Shown here: piece by piece, positions 11,601 to 23,388 of the stretch | Numbering within the stretch: the stretch's first letter is position 1 | How the letters are laid out: each line of letters begins with the position of its first letter | NCBI RefSeq assembly: GCF_003918875.1 | Contig: NW_025765603.1 | Coordinates: forward strand, 682,001-746,000 | Length of the DNA: 64,000 bases | From: Haliotis rubra | Taxonomy: Eukaryota | Direction: 5' to 3' | The notes under the pieces: model-generated | Told to the model about the DNA's origin: nothing | Database searches by the model: none | What the model saw: only the letters and a program-made list of their open reading frames with translations | Program-made: the position numbers and the translations under genes

Positions 11601-14600
11601 AGCTAACACCTTAACCCCTACGCTTCACCACAAGGTCCAAAGGGTCTAGATTTGTTTTTTTCCCATAAACATGTTTCTTAATATGAATAAACTGATTGAA
11701 ATTAAATCACATGCAAAACTTCAGAACGTAAGCCTGTGCTTACCTAATAGCTTGACTGACTTAGTTTGGTTTTACGCCGCTTTTAGCAATATTCCAATAA
11801 CATCACGGCGGGGGACACCAGAAATGGGCTTCACACATTGTACCTATGTGGGGATTCGAACCCGGGCCTTCGGCGTGACGAGCCAACGCTTTAACCATTA
11901 GGCTACCCCACCGCCCCCTAATAGCTTGACCATTTACAAATGATCTATAGATATCTGGCGGCTCAACCCTGGTCTCATATTGAAACAAGCTACACACCCT
12001 AGAATGAATATGGTATCGCCCCCCTACCTTCCGTTTCCGGCATGTAGAAGAGCCGACAGCCACACCTTTGGGAAATTTGCACCATGGAACATTCCACTTG
12101 ACATGTCTCGATTGAGTAGTGAGGGAAGTACTTCAGGCTAGGGCACTGACATTCTCCGTGTGGTTTAGGAAGATTATTAATCTACAACAAAAAATATTAG
12201 ATCATAAGGTGATTATAAAGAGCCGTAGGATTGTATTACGAACGTCCGGCACACTCCGTTTATGGCCTGTCCAGTCGTCCAGTCGTCCAGTCGTCCAGTG
12301 TGTCTCTATTTTTCGTGGGTTTGAATCTCAGATTCTGATGGTCGGTTTGCCTGGTCTTTACTTCATCATGGAAATGTTAGAAGTTTCAAGTTACTCGCGT
12401 CTAACACCTGCATGTCTTCCGGGTTTCCTTCGACAATATGGTGGTCCTGGATACGGAAGGTGAAGGGGTTATGTTGCTTGGCAACGATCCGAAATGGTCA
12501 CTTTGAATTGACACGTCGTGTTAGCGTGATAACAAGAGTGTGCTGAACACAAATTGTTTCATGTCTGATAGTTAGATTCGAACGCGCGATGAACTGATCT
12601 TGCATCGTCTGAATGGCGCAACTCTTGAGACTGATTTGCAACAAGCAACAGTTCACTACTCCGTGGTACGTTGCTAAGATACCGAGATGCTGACAGCTTA
12701 CCGAGATGAGCTGCATGCCGACGAATGAATGTGTCCCCGTGGGTAGGGCGATACCGAGCTCCTGCACCTTGGGGAACTGTCTGTGGTCATGGATGAGGAT
12801 CTTGACCCCTGCGGCGTCGTGGGGCCCGGGCATGTACTCGTACTGCTCCACATTGAGCGTCAGGGACAGCCCCGTTCTCAGCTCCTGGACACACAGATCA
12901 GGTCGAAATTAATGAATATGCATTGTTGGTGTGTGTATGTGCTTGTTTCTTTGTTTGCGTACCTATTATCATATAGTTGTATTCCGGCGACATGAAAATA
13001 ATCGCGCCTGTACAAGTGAGTGAGTTTAGTTTTACGCCGCACACAGCAATATCCCAGCTATATGGCGGCGGTCTGTAAATGATCGAATCTGAACCAGAGA
13101 ATCCAGCGATCAACAGCATGAGCAACTGGGATACGATGACGCGTCAACCAATTCATCGAGCTTGACCACCCGATCCCAGTAGTCTTAGCATGGGATACTG
13201 AAGATCAATCCTAGCCCGGATTTTAATCGGTATGTCTGGACAAGACAATTAAGAGGTGAGGTGAGGTGAAATTGGGTTTAACGTCGTGCTTGAGAATATT
13301 TCGCTCATATGACGACGTGCATGCGTGTGTATGTGTATGTGCGGTTGCTTGTACTAGCCCAGACAGCTGGTTTTATAGTGCTAGCCCACTGAGATACCAT
13401 GCCGCAGTGAAGCATGAATACCCCACTCAGACACATTATACTGACTCCGAGCCGACCAGTCCTTGTTGTACCCATTAATACCGAGCGCCAGGCAGGGACC
13501 AAGAAGTACCATATTTTAACGAACCCTCGACCTTCCGCTCTCCGGGCGGACGCTCTAACCACTACACCACGGAGGCGGTCAGATCTTGTTTGAAATGAGG
13601 CAGACAATTAAGAGATAGATATTGTCGGGGTGCACTGACTCCAAGAACCAAATCAACAATCTTGACCACTCGATCCATTCAATTAACTATAACATCCATT
13701 GCTCTGGACCAATTCGAACCGTTGTCCTCACGAGTTACATTAAATTATATTGAACTGCTTCATTGTGACTGACAAGACACAGCATGTTTGCAGCTTGTAA
13801 GTCAACGAGCATGGTTAGTGTGCCAACCAGTAAAACAGTCTAGCCTTGGAGCTGATCTAATTGTCTCCGGATCCTGCTCTTTCTTGGGGACGTAATTATG
13901 CAAATATAATTGCGGTGCCTTAGATGACTGAAACAGGTAGTGGCATGCCATCTGTTCATAAGGTACAAGCAATTTTCCTTTGAATTGAGTAACTGCTTTG
14001 TAAGTGGACATTGACCAACCTGCTTCTGTGACGTGAAGACGGTCTCGGTCAGATGTGTTTTGGTCAGGTAGGTTGAACGAGAAACAGACGCCGTGATCTG
14101 TCATTATCTCAGTGAAGTTGAAGATACCGCAGGGTTCCCCTCGCCACTGACAACTGTGGGAAGGGAATATATAACTATCATACAGGGAGCTATTGTCGGT
14201 GTGTGAGAGAGTATAAAAAGCAGTGAATGTCAACTAATACATCATTAATGTGAAGCTAATGTTCGCCTTTCAAAAGGTCAAAAAATTGTATTTGCTCAAG
14301 TTGCATTGTGAGTGGGTATTATATTCACTGTACACGTGGTATGTGTAGAATGTGAGGTAGAATGTGAGTATGTGTGCGTACGTGCGTGTGTGTGTAGCCT
14401 TAAGTCTTACTATATGATTAAGTGAGTACAATTTTACGCCGCTTTTAGCAATATTCCAGCAATATCACGGCGGGGGACACCAGAAAATGGGCTTTACACA
14501 TTGTACCCATGTGTGGAGTCGAACCCGGGTCTTCGGCGTGACGAGCGGACGCTAAAACCACTAGGCACCCCCACCGCCCGCTGACTATATGACGCCTGTT

Positions 14601-17600
14601 TGTAAATAAACAACTCTGGGCCTGATAATCCAGTGATTAACATCATGAATCTCGATCTACTCAATGGGGATACGATGACATGCATCCCCAAAGTCTCCTG
14701 ATCCATAATCTCGCCTCATAGACCAGCACAGGTTGCTGGGAGGCGTGTGCTTCCCACGGGGTCATGCAGATTGAAGGTCGCGGGTCGAAGGCAATCACCA
14801 CCCGCATAATCGACTCGATGGTATGCGTCTGAAAAATTAAAGATCCTAATCGCCCCAATCGTGTTCGAATCAGGTGCAAGTGTGCAAATGCGATTACCTG
14901 ACGATCATGTCCTCCATTGCATGAGCTGTGCTGGCGTACAGATGCCTCAAGGTCATGTTCGTGGCGTTTCTCCTCTCAAGGTCAAGGACAGACAATCTTC
15001 TGCCTCCAGTAAACATGGCGGTCAAAAATTCATAGTATCCAAGCTCTGCTGCCTTGCTGGCACTGTTTTAATAGAGACCGCTAAATGTTAGATACCGAAC
15101 GCGTTGGTGAGAATCGAGTATCACACATTGTCGTGATAGAATATATATTCAAGTGTCATTACGCGTTTGATTTACATCAGCAATTGCACACGTCATTCTT
15201 TTAAGGGAAGTACGGTACTGAAATAATAAAATAATTTTAAAAAGTAATAAAAGGCGTAACTATGGCACAAAACTCTTGCGCTATGTACCCACCGGAAAGT
15301 ATTCTGGTTGCAGATGCTGATCGTAGGAAATAAGAGAGTTTTGTTGTATTTGACGTTGAGGTTGACAGTGACAGGGTGGTTGTAGTAGTAGATGACGCGT
15401 TCGACAATCTGGTAGCTCATGACGGTAACACACGTCACTGTTAGAAGAAGCCATAGCAGTCTGGAAGAAGAGTGAATGAGTGAGTTTAGTTTTACGCCAC
15501 GTTTAGCAATACTCCAATAGTGTCACGGTGGGGGGACACCAGAAAATGGCTTTACACATTGTACCTATGTGGGGAATCGAACCGTGGTCTTTGGTGTGAA
15601 GAGCCAACGCCTTCACCACTAGACCACTGCCCCGGTCGACTGACTGACTGACTGACTGAGTTTGGTTTTACGCCGCTTTAAGCAATATTCCAGCAACATC
15701 ACGGCGGGGAACACCAGAAATGGGCTTCACACATTGTACCCATGTTGGGATTCGAACCCGGGTCTTCGGCTTGACAAGCTAACGCTTTAACCACTAGGCT
15801 ACCCCAACGCCCCGCCCCGGTCGAGAACCAGAAGAATTTACATGTTGAGCATACGTTACAACTAAGATTACAGACCCGTGAAGACCCGGGTTAGAATATT
15901 GATCTTCGGTAACCTTTGCTTGTCGTAAGAGGCGACTAACGGGATCGGGTGGTCAGACTCGCTGACTTGGTTGACACATGTCATCGGTTCCCAATTGCAC
16001 AGATCGATGCTCATGCTGTTGATCACTGGTCCAGGCTCGATTATTTACAGACCGCCACTATATAGCTGGAATATAGGGTACCGATTCTAGTATACTTTGT
16101 GGGGAATAGAATCTTATCCGCAAAGTCTGAGAGAAAGTACAATATATATTATATCCAAATAACACAATCCGCCATAGACTGGTGCCAGCAGCCAGCAATA
16201 ATAATATGCATATACATAAAAGTATAATTCTCAAGCTCAAGGGTCGAGGCGAGACCTTCCCACGAAGGTGGCTTTGTGAGGTGTTATGTGTTATGTGATA
16301 TGTGATATATGATGTGTGATATATGATATGTGATATGTGATAAATATGATAAAGAAAGAAAACGCTTGTCCACAAATAAGGTCCTATACCTTATTGAAAG
16401 TTGCATTCGATGCTATAACTAGTCAATCAGTTTTCTAGAAAGGTAAATCATTACACTGGCATTCCAGACAACGAACATTTGCTGAAACACAATGTTGAGA
16501 ACTTCTAAAGGATCTTAACAGAAACATAAACATGAGATTGTTTCAAGATGTTTGAAGGAAGTATCCCTTTGTAACATATATTTTAACTGCAAATTTAACA
16601 TAGGATATAAGCAATAACACCAGATATTACTTACGACTACTTGGGTTACCAGTCCCTATTTGAAGAAGTCATTATTCGACGATGCCGTATTGGCCATTGA
16701 AGATACATACATGAATATTTGTAGGAATGTTAGGGCCATCAATTGTGTCTTCCTAGTGATGAGAGAATNNNNNNNNNNNNNNNNNNNNNNNNNNNNNNNN
16801 NNNNNNNNNNNNNNNNNNNNNNNNNNNNNNNNNNNNNNNNNNNNNNNNNNNNNNNNNNNNNNNNNNNNNNNNNNNNNNNNNNNNNNNNNNNNNNNNNNNN
16901 NGGGAGGAGAGAGTGGGGGGAGGGAGACAGAGAGGAGGGAGAGAGAGAGGGGGAGCGCGAGACAGAGGGGAAGGAGAGCGAGAGGGAGAGAGAGAGACAG
17001 TGGGAGAGGGAGAGTTATCAGTCTATGCGCTAGTTACCCCATGACATCCTCCCTGACACTGACATGGTTGTGAGCTGTGGAATGTCATAACTTCATTCAT
17101 CGATGCAGTGTTTTCATTAAGAACGCTTCGCGAAAGCAACAAGAAAGCTGTCCTGTCAATTGTCACGATTTTGACATTTGTCAGGCGCCTTGCAGAAAAA
17201 GCCACACAAAATGCATACCAAGGATACGTTATGAACACTTCTCATAAAACCATACTTCCACCCTGATGTTGGGCGGGATATGTCCCCAATACATCCTTGT
17301 ACAATGGGTACCAGGTACTCGTGTTCAGCCATCGGACCCAACAGCCTGGGGAACCATTCAACCATTATTGATCCGGTCCATATTCATTATGTACAGCCCC
17401 CCCACGGTGACATTAGTGAATGGAAACCACTTTCACTCGCTCCATTTCTAAATGACACACTATGATACTGGCATCATGCAAGCTCATGTGCAACTGTAAA
17501 AATGGTATGAAAAATATAAAACAGATTTGGGGGGAACACTTTACTTGATACGGCGTAAAACAACATTCCCCACGCTAAACTGTTAGATATCTGTCAGCGC

Positions 17601-18444
17601 AAACGCCTATGAGTTGAATGAAGAAATGTTGAATGAGTTGAAAGAAAGATGAATCTCATCATAGAGAAACAAAAACACCGAGAAACGATATATAAGAGAT
17701 CGTAATCTCTCAAACAAACAAAGAACGCATGCATTAATATACACTATCTGAATCTAAACTGAAGTGCAAGAAATGCTTGTCGTCCTTTACAAAAACATTT
17801 TCAGTGAATGTACGAAATGCACATATCACTCATATTTCTGACTAACAAAACCAATGCTGTTAAACGTTAAATATTGCCAAGAATCTTTGAAGGAAAAATA
17901 TTTTTTTAGTTTAAGCTAATATTTATATCTAACACTAAGAAATATCCTTCCTACTAAACATGTTGCAGTAATCCTACTGGTCTACATAACAATCCGCCAT
18001 CAACTTAACCATTGTCATCAGTCACTTAATGTAAGTACTGTGATTAAACGGAAACAAAACGGTAAAGTTTCAAAAACACAATCGTCGATGCCAAAAATGT
18101 CCAACATCACAATTAAAAAGATCTTCTTTCTACAAAACTTCTACAAAGCCATTGCAACATACAGAACTTCTTCGTATTTTTATATGTCGGCCGTCCGAAA
18201 TGTTGCTACTAGGTATACTAGAGAATAAAGCCCACACTCCTCACCTCCTGATAGGGATCGTTTCTCGCATCCATATGTACCGCAGCCCTTGTAGGGATGT
18301 TGTCTGAGTGAAGTCCACCCAGGCGTCACTGCAACAACACTCAACTACATCCTGGTGGTTTGGGGGATGTTCCGTCCTATTAGAATTATTTTCAAAGGCT
18401 ACCTTGAACCTGCGACCCTTTATGTTGTGGAATAGTCCGGACAT
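5561..18444 (-). CDS. DEG/ENaC family (amiloride-sensitive, ASIC-like) sodium channel subunit, 10 coding exons, ~927 aa once one frameshift is corrected
   Basis: Exons assembled by hand, all GT-AG: 18245-18444, 15293-15460, 14898-15062, 14020-14153, 12702-12884, 12028-12181, 11378-11434, 9245-10766, 6440-6531, 5561-5670. Family motifs: pre-TM1 FTQTTSLQGL, TM1, FPTISICNQN, GVCFSFN, GL.LTLNVEQ, Cys-rich thumb (C..EC...CGC, CPVPC), ENFLKLDVYF, TM2 DIGGSMGLFIGASVLTIVE. Intron phases all match except at exon 5. Confidence 0.93.
6440..6531 (-). CDS. DEG/ENaC exon 9 (beta12, pre-TM2)
   Basis: tttcag| ENFLKLDVYFRQLSYEKHTQQIAYDVFALF |gtgagt. Confidence 0.92.
7941..9220. repeat. ~557-bp tandem duplication with GA/GT-rich low-complexity tracts
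   Basis: Unique segment starting AGTGCAATATGGTTCC at 7941 is repeated at 8498, each followed by a (GA)-rich tract. Confidence 0.9.
9245..10766 (-). CDS. DEG/ENaC exon 8 (end of thumb, beta11 and a giant helical insertion)
   Basis: 1522-nt stop-free exon, essentially ORF 9241..10773; starts VEIRESVQQNCHCPVPC..FDATVSYA; acceptor tgacag, donor AA|GTAAGT. Confidence 0.92.
10971..11262. mobile_element. MITE with ~70-bp terminal inverted repeats in channel intron 7
   Basis: CTAAGTAAACTTAGGCTCAGTATCATTCGTTACAC...AAACCCTAGTAG is mirrored by CTACTAGGGTTT...GTGTAACGAATAATACTGAGCCTAAATTTACTTAG. Confidence 0.75.
11378..11434 (-). CDS. DEG/ENaC exon 7 (thumb)
   Basis: tttcag| DDIPLCTLGDYYGCYKPFA |gtaagg; 57 nt, phase 1-1. 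Confidence 0.88.
11753..11918 (-). mobile_element. SINE family A copy
   Basis: Full length; TSD CCTAATAGCTTGAC. Confidence 0.9.
12028..12181 (-). CDS. DEG/ENaC exon 6 (thumb)
   Basis: ttgtag| INNLPKPHGECQCPSLKYFPHYSIETCQVECSMVQISQRCGCRLFYMPETE |gtaggg. Confidence 0.92.
12702..12884 (-). CDS. DEG/ENaC exon 5 (contains +1 frameshift at 12870-12873)
   Basis: gtccag| (G)AENG[extra G]LSLTLNVEQYEYMPGPHDAAGVKILIHD...GMQLIS |gtaagc. Confidence 0.88.
13255..13580 (-). mobile_element. SINE family C copy in channel intron 4
   Basis: Homologous to 46779-47096; direct repeat AGACAATTAAGAG at 13243 and 13602. Confidence 0.85.
14020..14153 (-). CDS. DEG/ENaC exon 4
   Basis: ccacag| CQWRGEPCGIFNFTEIMTDHGVCFSFN...HVTEAG |gttggt; phase 2-1. 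Confidence 0.92.
14898..15062 (-). CDS. DEG/ENaC exon 3 (short finger region)
   Basis: aaacag| ASKAAELGYYEFLTAMFTGGRRLSVLDLERRNATNMTLRHLYASTAHAMEDMIVS |gtaatc; phase 2-2; this frame is absent from the ORF track. Confidence 0.88.
15293..15460 (-). CDS. DEG/ENaC exon 2 (TM1 and start of palm)
   Basis: ttccag| LLWLLLTVTCVTVMSYQIVERVIYYYNHPVTVNLNVKYNKTLLFPTISICNQNTFR |gtgggt. Confidence 0.92.
16769..16901. other. Assembly gap (133 N) beside a GA-rich tract in channel intron 1
   Basis: N run. Confidence 1.
18245..18444 (-). CDS. DEG/ENaC exon 1 (cytoplasmic N-terminus)
   Basis: GCCATG start with an upstream in-frame TAA; MSGLFHN...DFTQTTSLQGLRYIWMRETIPIRR; donor AG|GTGAG, phase 2. Confidence 0.85.
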
Positions 18445-19149
18445 GGCGCTCCGACTGCACCGAGAGATTCGAGGGATGTTACAGGATGTTCCGAATTACC
18501 AGCAGAGCTGTCAGCTGATAATTACGTACACATGTTTAGGGCTCTTCAATCTCAGGTTACAGCCCCCCAACACAGTATTGATAAAGCGATGAGGGAGTAT
18601 CCAAATAAACCTCTTTATCTGTGTCTGTTTGAGTTGCAATATTTAATGTAAAGCCCGCAACGAGTATAATCTATAGGGTATACGAATCCATTTGATTAAA
18701 AACTTGTCACGGTCCAAGCTTTAAGGCATTAATGGGAAATGTAGGCATATAGACGATTATTCACCAATTATTCCCTGTGAGAGGACTGCCTGTGTTCATT
18801 ATCAACACATTACTACATCTATAGTCGGGCCTCTGATACAACAGTGATTCGCCAATTCAATCAACGATAATATAAACGTAAACTCAATTACCTTGTTCAA
18901 ACCACTCAAATAATGAAACTATACATATTGCATCAAGGAAAGCATGAACAAACACCTATTAAATTCACCATGACAAACATTACCTGGATTATTTCCTAAC
19001 AACAAACTATTATGGGTATTAACTTTGATGACAACGTTGTTTTACGACATCGTTTAGCTGCACGGTGGCCGACAGGAACTACAAATAATCTTTGAATCGA
19101 CAGCACCAGGTGTTACATAATCCCTTAATCATGGAAGCAGCTTATATTT

Positions 19150-20110
19150 TGGGGATCGGATTCATATTCTCCCTAATTTGGGGGGGTCATATTCACATTC
19201 TCCCAAATTATTGGGGTCGGATCCACACTCTTTCAAATTATTGGGGTCGGATTCACATTCTCCCAAATTATTGGGGTCGGATCCACACTCTTTCAAATTA
19301 TTGGGGTCGGATTCACATTCTCCCAAATTATTTGGGTCGGATCCACACTCTTTCAAATTATTGGGGTCGGATTCACATTCTCCCAAATTATTGGGGTCGG
19401 ATCCACACTCTTTCAAATTATTGGGGTCGGATTCACATTCTCCCAAATTATTTGGGTCGGATCCACACTCTTTCAAATTATTGGGGTCGGATTCACATTC
19501 TCCCAAATTATTTGGGTCGGATCCACACTCTTTCAAATTATTGGGGTCGGATTCAGAGTCTCCCTAAATGTTTTAAACAATATTTATTCAATATTAAATG
19601 AACGGATTGGTAAACAGGCTATAAGCCTATATAAATACCTCTCCGACTACAATGCGATGGGAAACATTTTACCTACATTCATCATTACAGACAAGAGAAC
19701 ACACCATTTGAAGAGTAAAAGACTTAATGAAAAAGACAGTAGTATAATTAATCAATTAGGTAAAAATCGTTTTGTTAAGGTAAAATAGTCATGTAGTCGT
19801 CTCCCTAAATACTAGTGTCGGATCCAGATTCTCCCTAATTATTGGGGTCAGATCCAGACTCTTTAAAAAAAATAGGTGTTAGATTCAGATTCTTTTAAAT
19901 TATTGAGGTCAGATCCAGATTCTTTCATATTATAGGGGTTAGATTCAGATTCTTTTAAATTATTTTGGTCAGATCCAGACTCTTTCAAATTATAGGGGTT
20001 AGATTCAGATTCTTTCAAATTATTGGGGTCGGATTCAGATTCTTCCTTATTATTGGGGTCGGATTCAAATTCTCCCTAATTACTGTTGTCGGATCCAGAT
20101 TCTCCCTAAT
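19150..20110. repeat. 30-bp minisatellite with 60-bp higher-order dimer (19185-19560) and a degenerate block (19815-20110)
   Basis: Alternating ATTCACATTCTCCCAAATTATTGGGGTCGG / ATCCACACTCTTTCAAATTATTGGGGTCGG. Confidence 0.95.
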
Positions 20111-20464
20111 TCCTCTGACTGGTTAGTCAGCACAATAATTATAGTTGATCATAGTTGTGACTTAAGTTGATCACATAAGTGAAAAACATCTTATGCACGC
20201 TGTCACTGCTTGTTTCCCTCCCTATTGAGCTAACACAGGGTATAACAGGCACACTGTTGTATTGCCTCCGATCTTATTTAGCCGCCCAACACGAGTTCAG
20301 CCCTGTCAAAAATGTATATATTCCAGGATAACCAAACCCTTCCATCGCGAAGAACGGACACACTACCCACAAAAACACGTAATTTCAAATGCGTTGGTAA
20401 TTCATGCATCACATCATATACATCAACTGTTAGTACTTTTTTATACTGACTTGAGTTTCATAAG

Positions 20465-20628
20465 TATACTGAGGGAAAAAAATAAGGGATCACATGAAAG
20501 CAAAAGTGTTCCTTTATTTTTTCCAGGTTTCTTCACAAGCTTTGTATCGCACAACATGTGAAGAAACCTGGAAAAAATAAAGGAACACTTGTGCTTTCTT
20601 GTGATCCCTTATGTTATCCCCCAGTATA
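20465..20628. mobile_element. Small hairpin MITE; homologous copy at 43400-43565, related termini at 25384-25512
   Basis: Near-perfect palindrome AAGGGATCACATGAAAGC.AAAGTGTTCCTTTATT...AATAAAGGAACACTTGTGCTTTC.TGTGATCCCTT; TATACT termini. Confidence 0.7.
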
Positions 20629-21589
20629 TATATTTATCAACGGCACACATCAAGGCAGTGTGTACTCACTGATAGCATATGTAACAACGCAAATATTACA
20701 TACTTACTGCCATACCTACACTATACAGAAAGTTTCCTTCCTCAAAGAACAGAATACATTTCCAGGTGTACCCGGACAAAATCAATGATTGGTTAATTTA
20801 ATGTAGGTGCTAAAGTTTGGTTATGTGACAAGTATCATGTAAATATAAGACCAGCAACCACTGGAGTTAGGCTGTATACCGAGTGCGTCAGTACAAACCG
20901 GCAGTACATTACCTCTTTAGGCTGTACATTGAATACACATTTACACGGCCACCCTATCAGCTGGGAGCGGAAATGTCCACATTGTGGAAGTATTGTTATG
21001 TAGAAATAACAAAGAGGGGCATGTCTGACTGTTCCATTCAGCAAGGATGACAGTGATCAAATGTTTTCCGAGTGCTCTACTCCTGCGTCTCCTATTAACA
21101 GTATGTACAATGGTAAATACAACATTAACTATGCCTTTGATGAGAATCTTGGATTTGAATTTGACTAGAACATTATCGGGGAAATACTGACAATATAGAA
21201 CAATGAGCAATCATTATATATATATACACACATAATTATTATTTAATCACTGCACAGGGGCCATGCTTATCTGCTCTGAATCGTTCCAATTTCAGTATAT
21301 GTACTGCGTTAGCAATATAGTGCAAATTCGTTAAGCTTTCCATATTTTTTCTGTCGCCGAAATACCTTAGTTTTGCGTGCGACGTTAAATACAACAACTA
21401 ACTAATTAACTTTGTATGTTCCTTTTCTCATACCTGTTATACATATCCTCTCACATATTTCTATGTGTCAAGCCCATTTCTGGTGTCCCCAGCCGTGATA
21501 TTGCTGAAATATTGCTATAAGCGGCGTAAAACTAACCTTGCTCACTTTTACATATTTTGTTCCTGACAGACAAATCGTTGAAACTTAAA

Positions 21590-23388
21590 TAACTGGAAGG
21601 TTCTATTGCCTGTTTGATGACCTTTCCAAGGCGTTCGACTCTATCACTCACAAAATACTTTTCGAAATTTTGATAGAAAAGGGTGTAAAGGGAAAATTTC
21701 GAAAGTTTATTATCAACATGTATTCTACACTGTGTGCGTGTGTAAGAACTGATTCAGGCTTTTCACCCTATTTCAAATGTAATATTGGTACCCGCCAAGG
21801 ATGCACTCTGAGTCTGCAGATTTATATTATATTCATAAACAAACTTGCTCAAATGTTGGAGGAAGAAGGTGGAAGAGGTGTCTTTATATCAACTCATATT
21901 CTGATGTATTTTCCCTATTATTTACTGATGATGTTTCAACTGTATCAGACACTGCTTCACAGCTTCAAAAGAAAATGCGGGATCGGGTGGTCAGGCTCGC
22001 TGACTTGGTTGACACATGTCATCGGTTCCCAATTGCGCAGATCGATGCTCATGCTGTTGATCACTGGATTGTCTGGTCCAGGCTCGATTATTTACAGACT
22101 GCCGCCATATAGCTGGAATATTGCTGAGTGCGGCGTAAAACTAAACTCACTCACTCACTCAAAAGAAAATGAATATTGTTGATAAGTTCTGTGCAGAGAC
22201 AGGAATGAATGTCAATCTGAACAAAACCAAATTATTGTTTTTAGAAATAGTGGTCCTCTCCGCTCTTATGAGAAAGTTTTTTTAAATGGTGAACAAATAG
22301 AATTTGTTAACATGGACAGATATCTTGGGATTGTGTTCACTCCTAAAATGTCCTAATAAATCATAGCAGCTGAAGCAAGTAAAGCTATATTCTCCATCTA
22401 TAATTACCAACAACATTTTGGATGTATTAATCAAAAGGACATTTTAAAGATATTTAACTCCATGATTACACCTATTCTGTGTTATGGATCAGAGACTTGG
22501 GGAACTACTTATTGCAAAGAAATTGAAACTGTGCATTTTAAGTTCTGTAAAACTTTTGTCAAAGTCAGCAAGTATTGTGCTTGGAGAGTGTGGCAGACTG
22601 TCACTGCAATATCATTATACCTCTAGATCAGTAAAGTACTGGCGCAGACTGATGCAGCTACAACACCATACACTTCCTTATCAAGCCTACCAAATGCTCA
22701 AATCTCTTGATGATAATAATAAATCTACCTAGACATCACACATAAGACTAATCCTTTTTCAATATGGTTTTGGATTTGTATAAATCGCGCATGAAATTGG
22801 CCGCATTAAAACATTTATATCTACTTCAAGCAGCGATTGTATGACTGCTTCCTTCAAATTGGCGCTCCTCACTTGACGCTTTATATAAATATTATTCATA
22901 ATTTAAATCTACTTGTCCAGTGATCTGCTACCATACCAACGGAAAGTTATAACCATGTTCCGCTGTAACAACTTTAGACTAGCAGTCGAAACCGGCCGCC
23001 ACACAAATACACCCTATGATCAACGTCTCTGCGTCTACTGCCACTCTGTTGGCCTTAACTATGTTGAAGACGAGCTCCATGTCCTATCTACCTGTGGTAA
23101 ATATTCTGAAATAACAAATACGTGTTTCACGACCCAACACACCTACCCTCCAACAATTGAAACCTTTGCGCGTATAATTACCAGCAACAACATAAGTTAT
23201 CTAAAACATTAAGTACAATCCTCTCTGCTGTATTAAAACTAAGAAATAAACCCACCATTACAAACAACTGACCTTGTATTTCAATCGTTGTCCTTCATCT
23301 AGCATGTATGTGTAATTTATACTTGCATTATTTTTGTATTATGGGCCAATGGCCTACATTACTGAAATAAAATGTCTGTCTGTCTGTC
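21590..23388 (+). mobile_element. 5'-truncated degenerate LINE (RT domain to 3' end), interrupted by a SINE
   Basis: D.SKAFDS, GTRQGCTLS, LLFTDD, YLGI, FRLAVETGR...C..C...VEDELH; ends AATAAA plus (TGTC)n; SINE at 21978-22159 flanked by TSD CAAAAGAAAATG. Confidence 0.85.

Noticed and set aside
19092-19601. Repeat ORFs (NYWGRIH, ECGSDPNN) resembling amidated neuropeptide repeats
   Set aside because: Open in several frames, no credible splice context, and the same repeat is degenerate with stops nearby; it is a minisatellite.
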